Shown here one piece after another: positions 28,207 to 37,823 of a DNA stretch of 64,000 nt. The stretch is from Alphaproteobacteria bacterium (GTDB lineage Bacteria; Pseudomonadota; Alphaproteobacteria; UBA2966). A program made the position numbers and the translations under genes. The stretch spans positions 2,803,843 through 2,867,842 of the forward strand of contig OZ251449.1 of assembly GCA_965242505.1 (NCBI GenBank), read 5' to 3'. Under the pieces are notes generated by a model that had not been told where the DNA came from, made no database searches, and saw nothing but the letters and a program-made list of their open reading frames with translations. The first letter of the stretch is position 1. Each line of letters begins with the position of its first letter.

Positions 28207-28719
28207 ATGCCCGCGACCGAGCGCGACCTGTACGACCGCCTTGCGGAACTCGACATCGCATGCGCGACGCGCCGCCATCCCGCGTTGCGGACGGTCGAGG
28301 AGAGCAGGCGTCTGCGCGGCGACCTGCCCGGCGGTCACTGCAAGAGCCTGTTCCTGAAGGACAAGAAGGGCGCGGCGTACCTCCTGGTCGCCCTGGAGGA
28401 CCGCGGGATCGACCTGAAGCGTCTGCGCCGGGCGATCGGAGCGGCGCCGCTTTCGTTCGGACGGCCCGAACTGCTGATGGAGCTCCTCGGCGTGATCCCC
28501 GGAGCGGTCACGCCGTTCGGGCTGATCAACGACGCGGACGCCCGGGTGCGCGTGGTTCTCGACAGGGAGATGCTGGAACGGGACCCGCTCAACTACCACC
28601 CGTTGACCAACGAGGCGACGACGGCCATCGCGCCGGGCGACCTGTTGAAGTTCATCCGCGCCTGCGGCCACGAGCCGCGAATACTGGATTTCGGGACGCT
28701 GGACGACTCCGGCGGCTGA
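28207..28719 (+). CDS. YbaK/ProX-type aminoacyl-tRNA deacylase (prolyl-tRNA synthetase-associated editing domain protein), 170 aa
   Basis: ..GGHCKSLFLKDKKGAAYLLVALEDRGIDLKRL...PGAVTPFGLINDADARVRVVLD.. is the ProX/PrdX family pattern. Confidence 0.8.
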   Translation: MPATERDLYDRLAELDIACATRRHPALRTVEESRRLRGDLPGGHCKSLFLKDKKGAAYLLVALEDRGIDLKRLRRAIGAAPLSFGRPELLMELLGVIPGAVTPFGLINDADARVRVVLDREMLERDPLNYHPLTNEATTAIAPGDLLKFIRACGHEPRILDFGTLDDSGG

Positions 28720-28810
28720 GATTCCGACTCCGCCCGCGCCGGGCGTGCTATCATGCCCGGCGAGCCGCGGCTTCGGGGGCCGCGCGCCGACGACGAGCCG
28801 AAGGGACATC

Positions 28811-29728
28811 ATGGAACAGATCATCGGGGGCGAAGGACCGCCCGGTCCGGGCGGCAACGGGTCGCTGGTCAAGGACGGCGACGCCGCGTCCTTCGGCGAG
28901 GACGTCATCCAGGCCTCAATGGCGGCGCCCGTCGTCGTCGACTTCTGGGCGCCCTGGTGCGGCCCCTGCAAGCAGCTCGGGCCGGCGATCGAAAAGGTGG
29001 TGAAGGCCGCCGCGGGCGCCGTGAAGCTCGTCAAGATCAACGTCGACGAGAACCAGCAACTCGCCGCGCAACTGCGCGTGCAGTCCATTCCGGCGGTGTT
29101 CGCCTTCAAGGACGGAAGGCCGGTCGACGGCTTCGTCGGCGCCCTGCCCGAGAGCCAGATCAAGGCGTTCGTCGAGCGCCTCGCCGGCAAGATCGGCCCG
29201 TCCCCCGTGGAAGAGGCGATCGCCCAGGCGCGGGCGCTTCTCGAGGGCGGCGATGCCGCGTCCGCGGCGGGGCTGTTCGGCGAGGCGCTGAAGGCCGAAC
29301 CCGGAAATCCCGACGCGGCGGCCGGACTGGCCAGGTGCCATCTGGAGAACGGCGACCCCGAACGGGCGCGCCAGACCCTGTCGGTGGTGGCGCCGGAGCA
29401 TCGCAACCATGCCGAGGTCCGCGGCGTCGAGGCGGCGCTGAAACTGGCGGAGAACGCCGGGGATACGGGTGACGTCCAGGATCTGCGCGCCCGGCTCGCC
29501 GCCGACCCGGCGGACCATCGGGCGCGCTTCGAGCTGTCGGAGGCGCTGATCGCGGCGGGGCGGCGCGAAGAGGCGGTGAACGAACTCCTCGAGATCGTTC
29601 GCCGGGACCGCAACTGGAACGACGAGGCGGCCAGGAAGCAGCTCGTCACGCTCTTCGAGGCCTTCGGGCCGACGGACGAGCTCACCGTCGGCGGTCGCCG
29701 CCGGCTGTCGTCCCTCCTGTTCTCGTGA
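28811..29728 (+). CDS. Thioredoxin-domain protein with C-terminal TPR repeats (YbbN/CnoX-like chaperedoxin), 305 aa
   Basis: GAAGGGA RBS. MEQIIGGEG..VVVDFWAPWCGPCKQLGPAIE.. is the CGPC thioredoxin motif, followed by a TPR-like helical C-terminus. Confidence 0.85.
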   Translation: MEQIIGGEGPPGPGGNGSLVKDGDAASFGEDVIQASMAAPVVVDFWAPWCGPCKQLGPAIEKVVKAAAGAVKLVKINVDENQQLAAQLRVQSIPAVFAFKDGRPVDGFVGALPESQIKAFVERLAGKIGPSPVEEAIAQARALLEGGDAASAAGLFGEALKAEPGNPDAAAGLARCHLENGDPERARQTLSVVAPEHRNHAEVRGVEAALKLAENAGDTGDVQDLRARLAADPADHRARFELSEALIAAGRREEAVNELLEIVRRDRNWNDEAARKQLVTLFEAFGPTDELTVGGRRRLSSLLFS

Positions 29729-30387
29729 ACACGCCGCCGGCGACCGCGCCGGACACGCTGTCACCCACCATCCCGGTGTTTCCGTTGCCCGGCGCGCTGC
29801 TGTTGCCGCGCGGCGAGCTCCCCCTCCACATCTTCGAGCAACGCTATCGCGACATGGTGCGTGACAGCGCCTCCAGCCACGGCCTCATCGGCATGATCCA
29901 GCCGACGCGGCCCGAATCGACGGCGGACCGCTCCGACCTCTACGGGACCGGCTGCGTGGGCCGCATGTCCGGCCTGCGCCGAACGGACGACGGCCGGTAC
30001 TACCTGACGCTGGTCGGGCTGTGCCGGTACGACGTCGCGGAAGAGCTTCCGATGACGCACGCCTATCGCGAGGTCGTCGCGGACTATCGGCGATATCTCT
30101 CCGACATCGACCCGGCCGAGCCGGCCGCGACGGACCGCGAGAGGCTTCTGTCCGCCCTGCGGAGCTACCTCGACGCGCGGGACATGGAAACGGACTGGGA
30201 CCGGTTGCACCGGGTCGACGAGGAAACGCTCGTCAATGCGCTGGCCATGATGTGCCCGTTCGATCCCCGCGAGAAGCAGGCGCTTCTGGAGGCGGCGGAC
30301 GTCCGCGAGCGTTCCGAGATCCTGACGTCCCTGTTCACGATGGGCGGTCTCGCCGCGCGCGGAACGGCGCCGTCCTCCATGCAGTAA
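29725..30387 (+). CDS. LON N-terminal (substrate-binding) domain protein, 220 aa
   Basis: GTG overlaps the upstream stop (GTGA). ..[30 protein letters not shown].. is the LON N-domain signature. Pairing with the Trx-TPR gene is conserved in alphaproteobacteria. Confidence 0.8.
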   Translation: MNTPPATAPDTLSPTIPVFPLPGALLLPRGELPLHIFEQRYRDMVRDSASSHGLIGMIQPTRPESTADRSDLYGTGCVGRMSGLRRTDDGRYYLTLVGLCRYDVAEELPMTHAYREVVADYRRYLSDIDPAEPAATDRERLLSALRSYLDARDMETDWDRLHRVDEETLVNALAMMCPFDPREKQALLEAADVRERSEILTSLFTMGGLAARGTAPSSMQ

Positions 30388-30439
30388 CCCGCGTCGGGAC
30401 GCATGGCCGAGCCACGCCCGCGGGACGCCGGAGCGCGCG

Positions 30440-30661
30440 ATGGACGATAGCGAAGGCGCGATCGACCCCAAGCTCCTGGAGATCCTGGTCTGTCCGCTGA
30501 CCAAGGGGCCCCTGCGTTACGACCACGCGGCGCAGGAGCTCGTCAGCGAGCAGGCGGGGCTGGCCTATCCCGTTCGCGACGGCATTCCCATCATGCTCGT
30601 CGACGAGGCCCGGCGGCTCGACGACGGGGAGGACGTCCGAAACCCGTCCCGCGAACGATGA
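30440..30661 (+). CDS. Trm112-family (UPF0434) small protein, 73 aa
   Basis: ..[47 protein letters not shown]. Confidence 0.8.
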   Translation: MDDSEGAIDPKLLEILVCPLTKGPLRYDHAAQELVSEQAGLAYPVRDGIPIMLVDEARRLDDGEDVRNPSRER

Positions 30662-31032
30662 GCGAGCGGTCGAGGCCGGTTCCGAGACCCACCGAGGTCC
30701 GGCTCAGGAAGGAGGAGAAGGCGCTCGAGATCGATTTCGACGACGGGAGTTCGTTCCGCTATCCGGCGGAGTTCCTTCGCGTCGAAAGCCCGTCGGCGGA
30801 AGTCCAGGGGCATGGCCCCGACGGGAAGGTCGTCGTCTCCGGCCGCCGGAAGGTGGGGATACTCGAGCTGGAGCCGGTCGGCCGCTACGCGCTGAGAATA
30901 AGGTTCGACGACCTCCACGATACCGGCATCTATTCGTGGGAATACCTCTACGGCCTGGGCCGCGACCGGGACGAGATCTGGCGGCGTTACCTGGACGCCC
31001 TGGAATCCCGGGGCCTCGACCGCGACCCGTGA
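30658..31032 (+). CDS. DUF971 (gamma-butyrobetaine hydroxylase-like N-terminal domain) protein, 124 aa
   Basis: ATGA overlap. ..[21 protein letters not shown]...[24 protein letters not shown]. Confidence 0.75.
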   Translation: MSERSRPVPRPTEVRLRKEEKALEIDFDDGSSFRYPAEFLRVESPSAEVQGHGPDGKVVVSGRRKVGILELEPVGRYALRIRFDDLHDTGIYSWEYLYGLGRDRDEIWRRYLDALESRGLDRDP

Positions 31033-31060
31033 ACCGGGGATCCGGTCCCGCGAAGGGGTC

Positions 31061-32296
31061 TCACGGCGCCGCCCCGCGCAGCATCCGCGGCAGCTTGCCC
31101 ACCGTGCCCCGCGCGTGGCGCATGAAGAACCTCTTCAGCGGCGGCATCCGGTTCACGGCGGCCAGGCCCGCGTCCCGCGCCATCCTGACGGCGCCGACGT
31201 CGTTGGAGAACAGGCGGTTGAGTCCGTCGGTGACGGCGAGGAGCGTCATGGAGTCGAACCGCCGCCAGGCCTCGTAACGGGAGAGGACGTCCGGGCCGCC
31301 GACGTCGAGGCCGAGACGCGCGGCGTCGACGACGACTTCCGCCAGCGCCGCGACGTCGCGAAACCCGAGATTGAGGCCCTGTCCGGCAATGGGGTGCATC
31401 GCGTGCGCGGCGTCTCCGACGAGCGCCAATCGTCGGCCGCGGTACGTTTCGGCGTTGTGCAGCGCGAGCGGATAGCTCCAGCGCGGGCCGACGCTCGCGA
31501 CGCGTCCGAGGAAGTCTCCGAACCTGTCCCGCATCTCGTCGTCGAAGGCGGGCTTGTCCAGCCCGAGCAGTCGGGCGGCCGCGGCCGGGGGTTCGGTCCA
31601 CACGAGCGACGAACGGTTGCCGGCCAGGGGCAGGATGGCGAACGGCCCGGCGGGGAAGAACCGTTCGTGGGCGATGCCGCGGTGGGGACGTTCGTGGGCC
31701 ACCGTGCAGACGATCCCGGACTGCGCGTAGGACCAGCCATGGACGCGGATGCCCGCCGCCTGGCGGAGCGGCGAGGCGCGGCCGTCGGCCGCGGCCGCCA
31801 GACGGCCGCGCAGGACCTCGCCGCCGGCGAGGCGGGCGACCGCGGTCGTCCCGGACCGGTCCAGGGCGCTCAGTTCGACGGGCGCGAACAGCTCGACGTT
31901 CGCGGTCGCCGATATCGCGGCGCCCAGTCCCCGCCGCAGGTGGCGGTTCTCCAGCATGAACCCCAGGGGGCCATCGCCCAGCTCGCGGTGGTCGTAATGC
32001 AGGAACAGGGGCGAGTCGCCCTCGCTGACCCGAATGCCGAGAATGGGTTGCGCGTCGTCCGCCAGATGCTTCCAGACTCCGATCGCGTCCAGGGCGCGGC
32101 GGCTCGCATGGGAAACGGCCGATGCCCGCCCGTCGAACGGCTCGTCGGCCATGGCGGACGGATCCAGCCGGTCCATCAGCGCCACGCGGAGCCCGGCCCC
32201 GCCCAGCGCCACGGCGAGCGTGGACCCGATCAACCCGCTCCCGACGATGACGACGTCGAAGTCCCGTTCGATCGCGTTGCGCTTCGCCGCGGCCAT
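31061..32296 (-). CDS. UbiH/UbiF/VisC/COQ6-family FAD-dependent ubiquinone-biosynthesis hydroxylase, 411 aa
   Basis: MAAAKRNAIERDFDVVIVGSGLIGSTLAVAL (FAD GxGxxG), ..LALVGDAAHAMHPIAGQGLNLGFRDVAAL.. (conserved DAAH/GxGxN motif). Confidence 0.85.
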   Translation of the reverse strand: MAAAKRNAIERDFDVVIVGSGLIGSTLAVALGGAGLRVALMDRLDPSAMADEPFDGRASAVSHASRRALDAIGVWKHLADDAQPILGIRVSEGDSPLFLHYDHRELGDGPLGFMLENRHLRRGLGAAISATANVELFAPVELSALDRSGTTAVARLAGGEVLRGRLAAAADGRASPLRQAAGIRVHGWSYAQSGIVCTVAHERPHRGIAHERFFPAGPFAILPLAGNRSSLVWTEPPAAAARLLGLDKPAFDDEMRDRFGDFLGRVASVGPRWSYPLALHNAETYRGRRLALVGDAAHAMHPIAGQGLNLGFRDVAALAEVVVDAARLGLDVGGPDVLSRYEAWRRFDSMTLLAVTDGLNRLFSNDVGAVRMARDAGLAAVNRMPPLKRFFMRHARGTVGKLPRMLRGAAP

Positions 32297-32339
32297 GGAC
32301 CCAACGTCGCGCTTCCGGCGCGCGGTGTCCAGCCCGGAC

Positions 32340-32515
32340 GAGTCGCGCGCGCCCCCCTCCCGACCTCCCCCCTGTCAGGGGGGAGGAGCGTGGATGACTC
32401 CCTCCGGGACAGGGGGGGGGGAGCGCGCGGGGCAGCGCGTCCCCCTCGTTCTCCCTCCCCCTTGCAGGGGGAGGGTCGGGGTGGGGGTCGCGCCAGGGGG
32501 GGGGATATGAGAAAC
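32340..32515. repeat. Cluster of REP-like elements (type A x2, type B x1)
   Basis: ctcccccctgtcaggggggaggagcgtggatgactccctccgggacagggggggggag...ccctcccccttgcagggggagggtcggggtgggggtcgcg. Confidence 0.7.
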
Positions 32516-32556
32516 GCGGGTCGATCTGCAAGGATGATCCGCGGGCCGGGGAACGG

Positions 32557-33342
32557 ATGCCGTCCCGTGGAGCCCGTCGGAGCGACATGCAGGATCCACC
32601 CGTTGCCGGCTTCGCGCGGCATCCCGGAATCGCGGCGGAAGACGAGGCGCTGCTGGCCGGCGTTCCGCTGTTCTCGGGGATCCCGCGCGACTCCCTGCGG
32701 GCGCTGCTCGCCGACGCCCGGGTCTGCCGCCGTCCGCGCCACGCCGTGCTGTTCCTGCAAGGGGAGCCCGCCGGGCGCTTCTACGTCGTGCTGGACGGGT
32801 GGGTGAAGTTGTTCCGCTCGACGCCGGACGGACAGGAGACGGTCATCGCCGCGATCGCGCGCGGCGAATCCTTCGCCGAAGCCGCGAGTTTCGCCGAAGG
32901 GGTCTTCCCCGTCGGGGCGCAGGTCGCCGAGGCGGCGCGCCTGCTGGTCGTTCCCGCGCTCTCGTTCACCGACCAGTTGAAGCGAAACCCGGCGTTGGCG
33001 ATCAACATGCTGGCCGGGATGTCCCGCCATCTGCGCGGCCTGGTGGAGGAAATCGAACAGCGGACCGTCAAGTCCGCCGCGCAGCGGCTCGGCGCGTTCC
33101 TGCTGAAACGGTGCCCCGACGGACGCGAGGCGGCCGTGATCGACCTTCCCACCGACAAGAGTCTGGTCGCGGCGCGTCTGGGAATGCGTCCGGAAACGCT
33201 CTCGCGCGCGCTCGGGAAACTCCGGGCGGTCGGAGTGTCCACCCGCGACCGCCGGGTCGCGGTCTCCGACGTCGGCGCGCTGCGCCGCTACGCCGAAGAC
33301 GGGCCCGACGGCGCCGACCGACCGCGCTCCCTCCCGTCTTGA
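32557..33342 (+). CDS. Crp/Fnr-family transcriptional regulator (NnrR/Dnr-like; cNMP-binding fold plus C-terminal HTH), about 250-261 aa
   Basis: ..LFLQGEPAGRFYVVLDGWVKLFRSTPDGQETVIAAIARGESFAEAA.. is the effector domain. ..LPTDKSLVAARLGMRPETLSRALGKLRAVGV.. is the HTH. It sits directly upstream of the NO reductase. An alternative start is at M11. Confidence 0.8.
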   Translation: MPSRGARRSDMQDPPVAGFARHPGIAAEDEALLAGVPLFSGIPRDSLRALLADARVCRRPRHAVLFLQGEPAGRFYVVLDGWVKLFRSTPDGQETVIAAIARGESFAEAASFAEGVFPVGAQVAEAARLLVVPALSFTDQLKRNPALAINMLAGMSRHLRGLVEEIEQRTVKSAAQRLGAFLLKRCPDGREAAVIDLPTDKSLVAARLGMRPETLSRALGKLRAVGVSTRDRRVAVSDVGALRRYAEDGPDGADRPRSLPS

Positions 33343-33352
33343 CCACGATCAA
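33339..33352 (+). promoter_or_regulatory. FNR/NnrR-type box TTGAC-N4-ATCAA upstream of the NO reductase gene
   Basis: ttgaccacgatcaa is a near-perfect dyad matching the FNR/Dnr/NnrR consensus TTGAT-N4-ATCAA. It lies about 55-70 bp upstream of the norZ ATG and overlaps the regulator's stop codon. Confidence 0.6.
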
Positions 33353-33407
33353 GGCGAGGACGCGACCGCGGGTCTACGAAACCGGGACGGACCCAGGGAG
33401 GCGCGTC

Positions 33408-35699
33408 ATGACCTACCGCGAAGTCTTCACGCTCAAGAGGCTCTGGATTTCGTTCGGCGCCTTGCTCGCCGTGACGTTCGGAGTCCTGCTGCTGGTCGGC
33501 GGACGAGCGTTCCAGGAAGCGCCGCCCCTGCCGGCGACGGTGGCGGTGGTGGACGGCGGGACGTCCTCCACGCTGTTCGACGCCGACGACATCCACGACG
33601 GGCGCGACGTCTGGCGCCGCCTGGGCGGCATGCAGCTGGGGTCGGTGTGGGGGCACGGAGGCTATCTGGCGCCCGACTGGACGGCCGACGCGCTGCATCG
33701 CGAAGCGCTGGCCATGCTCGACGCGGACGGCGACTTCGCCGCGCTCTCTCCCCCGGACCGGGCGGCGCGGATCGCGGCCCTCGCCGCGCGCATCCGCGTC
33801 AACACCTACGACGCCGAGAGCGGGCGGATCGCGATCTCGCCGGATCGCGCGCGGGCCATCGAAGCGGTCGTGGCCCATTACACGGCGTTGTTCGGCGGAA
33901 CCGGCGACGGCCCCGAGGCGGCGGCCCTGCGCGAGGCCTACGCGATTCCGGAACGGCCGCTCGGCCCCCGGCCCGACGCCGAGATTCGCAAGCTCGTCGC
34001 CTGGTGGTGGTGGACGGCCTGGGCGGCGGTGACGCTGCGTCCCGACGACGGCGTCACCTACACCAACAACTGGCCGCACGAGCCGCTGGTCGGCAACCGG
34101 CCGAGCGCCGCGACGTTCGTCTGGACGTTCGTGTCGGTGGTCCTGCTGATCGCCGCGACGGGCGCGCTGTGCTGGTTCTTCCTGCGCGAACGCGACGAAT
34201 GGCGAAAGGACACCGAGCCTCCGGCGGGCTATCCGGAGGCCAACCCGATCGACGCGGCGCGCCCCACCGCTTCGATGCGGGGCGTGATCAAGTACATCTG
34301 GATCGTCGCCGTTCTGCTCACCCTCCAGATCGCCTGCGGAGCGGCGACCGCGCACTTCGCCGTCGAAGGCCAGGACTTCTACGGCCTGCCGTTGTCCGAG
34401 ATCGCCCCCTACGCGCTGACCCGCACGTGGCACGTGCAGCTCGCGGTGCTGTGGATCGCGACCGCGTGGCTCGGCGCGGGGCTCTATCTCGCGCCGATGA
34501 TCGCGGGGTTCGAACCGCGCTGGCAGCGGCTCGGCGTGGACGCGCTGTGGGCGGCGCTCGTCATCGCCGTTCTGGGCTCCCTGTCCGGCGAGTGGCTCGT
34601 CCTGACCGGACGCATGACCGATCCGACGCTGGTCTACTGGTTCGGGCATCAGGGCTACGAGTTCCTCGACATGGGACGCTTCTGGCAGGCGCTGATCTTC
34701 GTCGGCCTGCTCTTCTGGCTGGTCCTGATGACGCGCTGCCTCGCGCCCGCCATCCGCAAGGCGGGCGAGGATCGGCACCTGCTCATCCTGCTTCTGCTTT
34801 CCTCGGCCGGCATCGCCGTGCTGTTCGGAGCCGGGTTCCTCTACGAAAGGGACACCCACCTCACGATCGCCGAATACTGGCGGTGGTGGGTCGTGCATCT
34901 GTGGGTGGAGGGCGTGTTCGAGGTGTTCGCGACCGCGTGGGTGGCGTGGGCCTTCGTGCACATGCGGCTGCTGCGGCCCTCGGCGGCCGCGGTCTACACC
35001 ATGTTCTCGGCGATGATCTTCCTCGGCGGCGGAGTTCTCGGAACCTTCCACCACCTGTATTTCGCCGGAATGCCGGAATCGGTGCTGGCGCTCGGCGCGG
35101 TGTTTTCGGCCCTCGAGGTCGTGCCGCTGGCGCTGATCGCCTTCGAGGCTCACGACCATTGGCGGGCGGAACGAAAGGCGCCCTGGACGCGCCGCTACCA
35201 CATGCCGCTGATGTTCTTCCTGGCGGTCGCGTTCTGGAACCTGGTCGGCGCGGGGGTGCTCGGTTTCCTGATCAACCCGCCGTTGTCGCTCTACTACCTG
35301 CAGGGGCTGCTGACCACCCCGGCGCACGGCCATGCGGCGCTGTTCGGGGTGTACGGCATGCTCGGCATCGGCCTCCTCCTGCTGTGCCGCCGCGACCTGC
35401 CGCAGGCCGCGGGGGCATGGTCCGACCGGACCCTGCGGTGGGTGTTCTGGCTGTTCAACGGCGGGCTCGCCCTGATGGTCTTCGGTTCGCTGCTGCCGCA
35501 GGGCATCATCCAGGCGCTGGTCTCGTTCGACCGGGGTTACTGGCACGCGCGCGCGCCCGACCTCCTGCATTCGCCGCTCATGGAGACGCTGGTCTGGCTG
35601 CGCGTGCCGGGCGACGTCGTGTTCGCGCTCGGAGCGCTGCTGCTGCTCGTCTTCCTGGCGCGGATCGAGTTCGGGCCGCGCGCGGCGCGCGACTCCTGA
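33408..35699 (+). CDS. norZ: Nitric-oxide reductase, quinol-dependent single-subunit type (qNOR large subunit with N-terminal extension), 763 aa
   Basis: AGGGAGG RBS. ..GSVWGHGGYLAPDWTAD.. is the N-terminal periplasmic extension typical of qNOR. 12 or more TM helices with conserved His ligands (..WVVHLWVEGVFEVFA.., ..GTFHHLYFAG.., ..HGHAALFGVYG..). The symbol follows common usage for qNOR genes (norZ/norB). Confidence 0.9.
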   Translation: MTYREVFTLKRLWISFGALLAVTFGVLLLVGGRAFQEAPPLPATVAVVDGGTSSTLFDADDIHDGRDVWRRLGGMQLGSVWGHGGYLAPDWTADALHREALAMLDADGDFAALSPPDRAARIAALAARIRVNTYDAESGRIAISPDRARAIEAVVAHYTALFGGTGDGPEAAALREAYAIPERPLGPRPDAEIRKLVAWWWWTAWAAVTLRPDDGVTYTNNWPHEPLVGNRPSAATFVWTFVSVVLLIAATGALCWFFLRERDEWRKDTEPPAGYPEANPIDAARPTASMRGVIKYIWIVAVLLTLQIACGAATAHFAVEGQDFYGLPLSEIAPYALTRTWHVQLAVLWIATAWLGAGLYLAPMIAGFEPRWQRLGVDALWAALVIAVLGSLSGEWLVLTGRMTDPTLVYWFGHQGYEFLDMGRFWQALIFVGLLFWLVLMTRCLAPAIRKAGEDRHLLILLLLSSAGIAVLFGAGFLYERDTHLTIAEYWRWWVVHLWVEGVFEVFATAWVAWAFVHMRLLRPSAAAVYTMFSAMIFLGGGVLGTFHHLYFAGMPESVLALGAVFSALEVVPLALIAFEAHDHWRAERKAPWTRRYHMPLMFFLAVAFWNLVGAGVLGFLINPPLSLYYLQGLLTTPAHGHAALFGVYGMLGIGLLLLCRRDLPQAAGAWSDRTLRWVFWLFNGGLALMVFGSLLPQGIIQALVSFDRGYWHARAPDLLHSPLMETLVWLRVPGDVVFALGALLLLVFLARIEFGPRAARDS

Positions 35700-35787
35700 G
35701 GGTCGTCCGCGCGACGCGGACGCCGGGGCCGGACCGCAGGGGCGCGCCGTTGTCGGCGCCGGGCCGGCCGGGTACGCTCGCGGCGTT

Positions 35788-37146
35788 ATGAGCGCATGGC
35801 GCGAAATGACCGCCCTGGAACTGGGGGCCGGTATCGCGGACGGCGGGATCGACGCGGTCGAACTCGCCGAGCACTTCCTCGACAGGATCGAGCGGGAGGA
35901 CGCGGACCGCGACGTCTACATCCGGGCGACCCGCGAGCGGGCGGTCGCGGAGGCGACCGCGGCCCGGAGCCGCGCGAGGGCCGGGCTGCGCCGGGGTCCG
36001 CTCGACGGGGTCCCCATGTCCTGGAAGGACCTGGTCGCCATGGCGGGCGAACCCACGACCGGCGGATCGCCCCTGTTCGCGCAACGGCCGCCGGCGGCCC
36101 GGGACGCGCCGCTCCTGGCGCGCGCCGCCCGCGCGGGGATGGTGTGCCTGGGGCGGACCAACCTGCCCGAGTTCGCGTTCTCCGCCATGGGAATCAACCC
36201 CCATTTCGGAACGCCCCCGAACCCCTTCGATCCGGATATTCCCCGCCTGCCCGGCGGTTCGTCTTCCGGCGCGGCCGTCTCGGTCTCGCGCGGGTTGGCG
36301 CCGGCCGCGATCGGGTCCGACACCGGCGGTTCGGTGCGCGTTCCCGCCGCCTGGAACGGTCTGGTCGGCCTCAAGACGACCGCCGGCGTCCTGCCGAACG
36401 ACGGCGTGTTGCCGCTGGTCCGACATCTCGACACCGTCGGCCCCCTGACTAGGGACGTCGCCGACGCCGCGGCGATCTTCGCGGTTCTCGCGGCGGAGGA
36501 TCCGGTCGATCTTCGGGGCGCCTCCGTCCGGAACGCGCGCTTTCTGCTCCCGGAGATGCTGTGGCGCGACGTCGCCGACGACGTCGCCGGGGTCATGGCG
36601 CGGGCGCTCGAGCGCCTCGAGGCCGCCGGCGCCCGGATCGTCCGCGAGGAAGTCCCGGAGCTCGACGAGGCGACGGAGATATTCCTCTCTTTCGGCGACC
36701 TGTTCAGCGCGAGCGCCTACGCCGAGCTCCGGGAGGAGGTCGATGCCCGGCCCGATCTGGTCTACGAACAGATACTCCGGCGCCTCCGTCTGTCCGCCGG
36801 CGCGGCGGCCGTCGACGTCCTTCACGCCTGGTCGGAGATCGACCGCCTCGCCGCGGCGTATCACGCCCGGACGGCCCCCTACACCGCGGCGCTGTGCCCG
36901 ACCAGCGCGATCTCTCCGCCGGCCATCTCCGAGGTGGAGAACGACGCCGAGGCCTACGCCGACGCGCAGCGGCGGATCCCCGTCAACACCAGAATCGGAA
37001 ACCTGCTGCGGCTGTGCGCGGTGACGACGCCGGCCGGCCTCGCGAACGGCCTCCCCGCGGGCCTGATGATCTACGGCCCGCCCAACCGGGACCGCTACGT
37101 CCTGCGGGTGGCGAAGGGGGTGGAAGAGGCGCTTCGCGCCGCCTGA
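35788..37146 (+). CDS. Amidase-signature family amidase (second paralog), 452 aa
   Basis: ..GGSSSGAAVSVSRGLAPAAIGSDTGGSVRVPAAWNGLVGLKTT.. Confidence 0.85.
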   Translation: MSAWREMTALELGAGIADGGIDAVELAEHFLDRIEREDADRDVYIRATRERAVAEATAARSRARAGLRRGPLDGVPMSWKDLVAMAGEPTTGGSPLFAQRPPAARDAPLLARAARAGMVCLGRTNLPEFAFSAMGINPHFGTPPNPFDPDIPRLPGGSSSGAAVSVSRGLAPAAIGSDTGGSVRVPAAWNGLVGLKTTAGVLPNDGVLPLVRHLDTVGPLTRDVADAAAIFAVLAAEDPVDLRGASVRNARFLLPEMLWRDVADDVAGVMARALERLEAAGARIVREEVPELDEATEIFLSFGDLFSASAYAELREEVDARPDLVYEQILRRLRLSAGAAAVDVLHAWSEIDRLAAAYHARTAPYTAALCPTSAISPPAISEVENDAEAYADAQRRIPVNTRIGNLLRLCAVTTPAGLANGLPAGLMIYGPPNRDRYVLRVAKGVEEALRAA

Positions 37147-37209
37147 CTTTTGGGCGATTTCCCCGCATTTCCCATGCTGGCGGGGATCGAGGAGCGCGCG
37201 GCGTCGTGG

Positions 37210-37335
37210 GGCCGCGGCCCACCCCCCTCCCGACCTCCCCCCTGTCAGGGGGGAGGAGTGTGGATGGCGCCCTCCGTCCTCCTCGTTCTCCCTCTCCCTT
37301 GCAGGGGGAGGGTCGGGGTGGGGGTCGCGCCAGGG
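37210..37335. repeat. REP-like elements (type A and type B)
   Basis: cccccctcccgacctcccccctgtcaggggggaggagtgtggatgg...ccctctcccttgcagggggagggtcggggtgggggtcgcgccagggggg. Confidence 0.7.
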
Positions 37336-37391
37336 GGGATACGAGACGCGCGGTCCATGTCTCCCTTTTCGAGGGCCGACGCGCGGCTTGA

Positions 37392-37814
<423 letters not shown>

Positions 37815-37823
37815 GAGCCGGAC

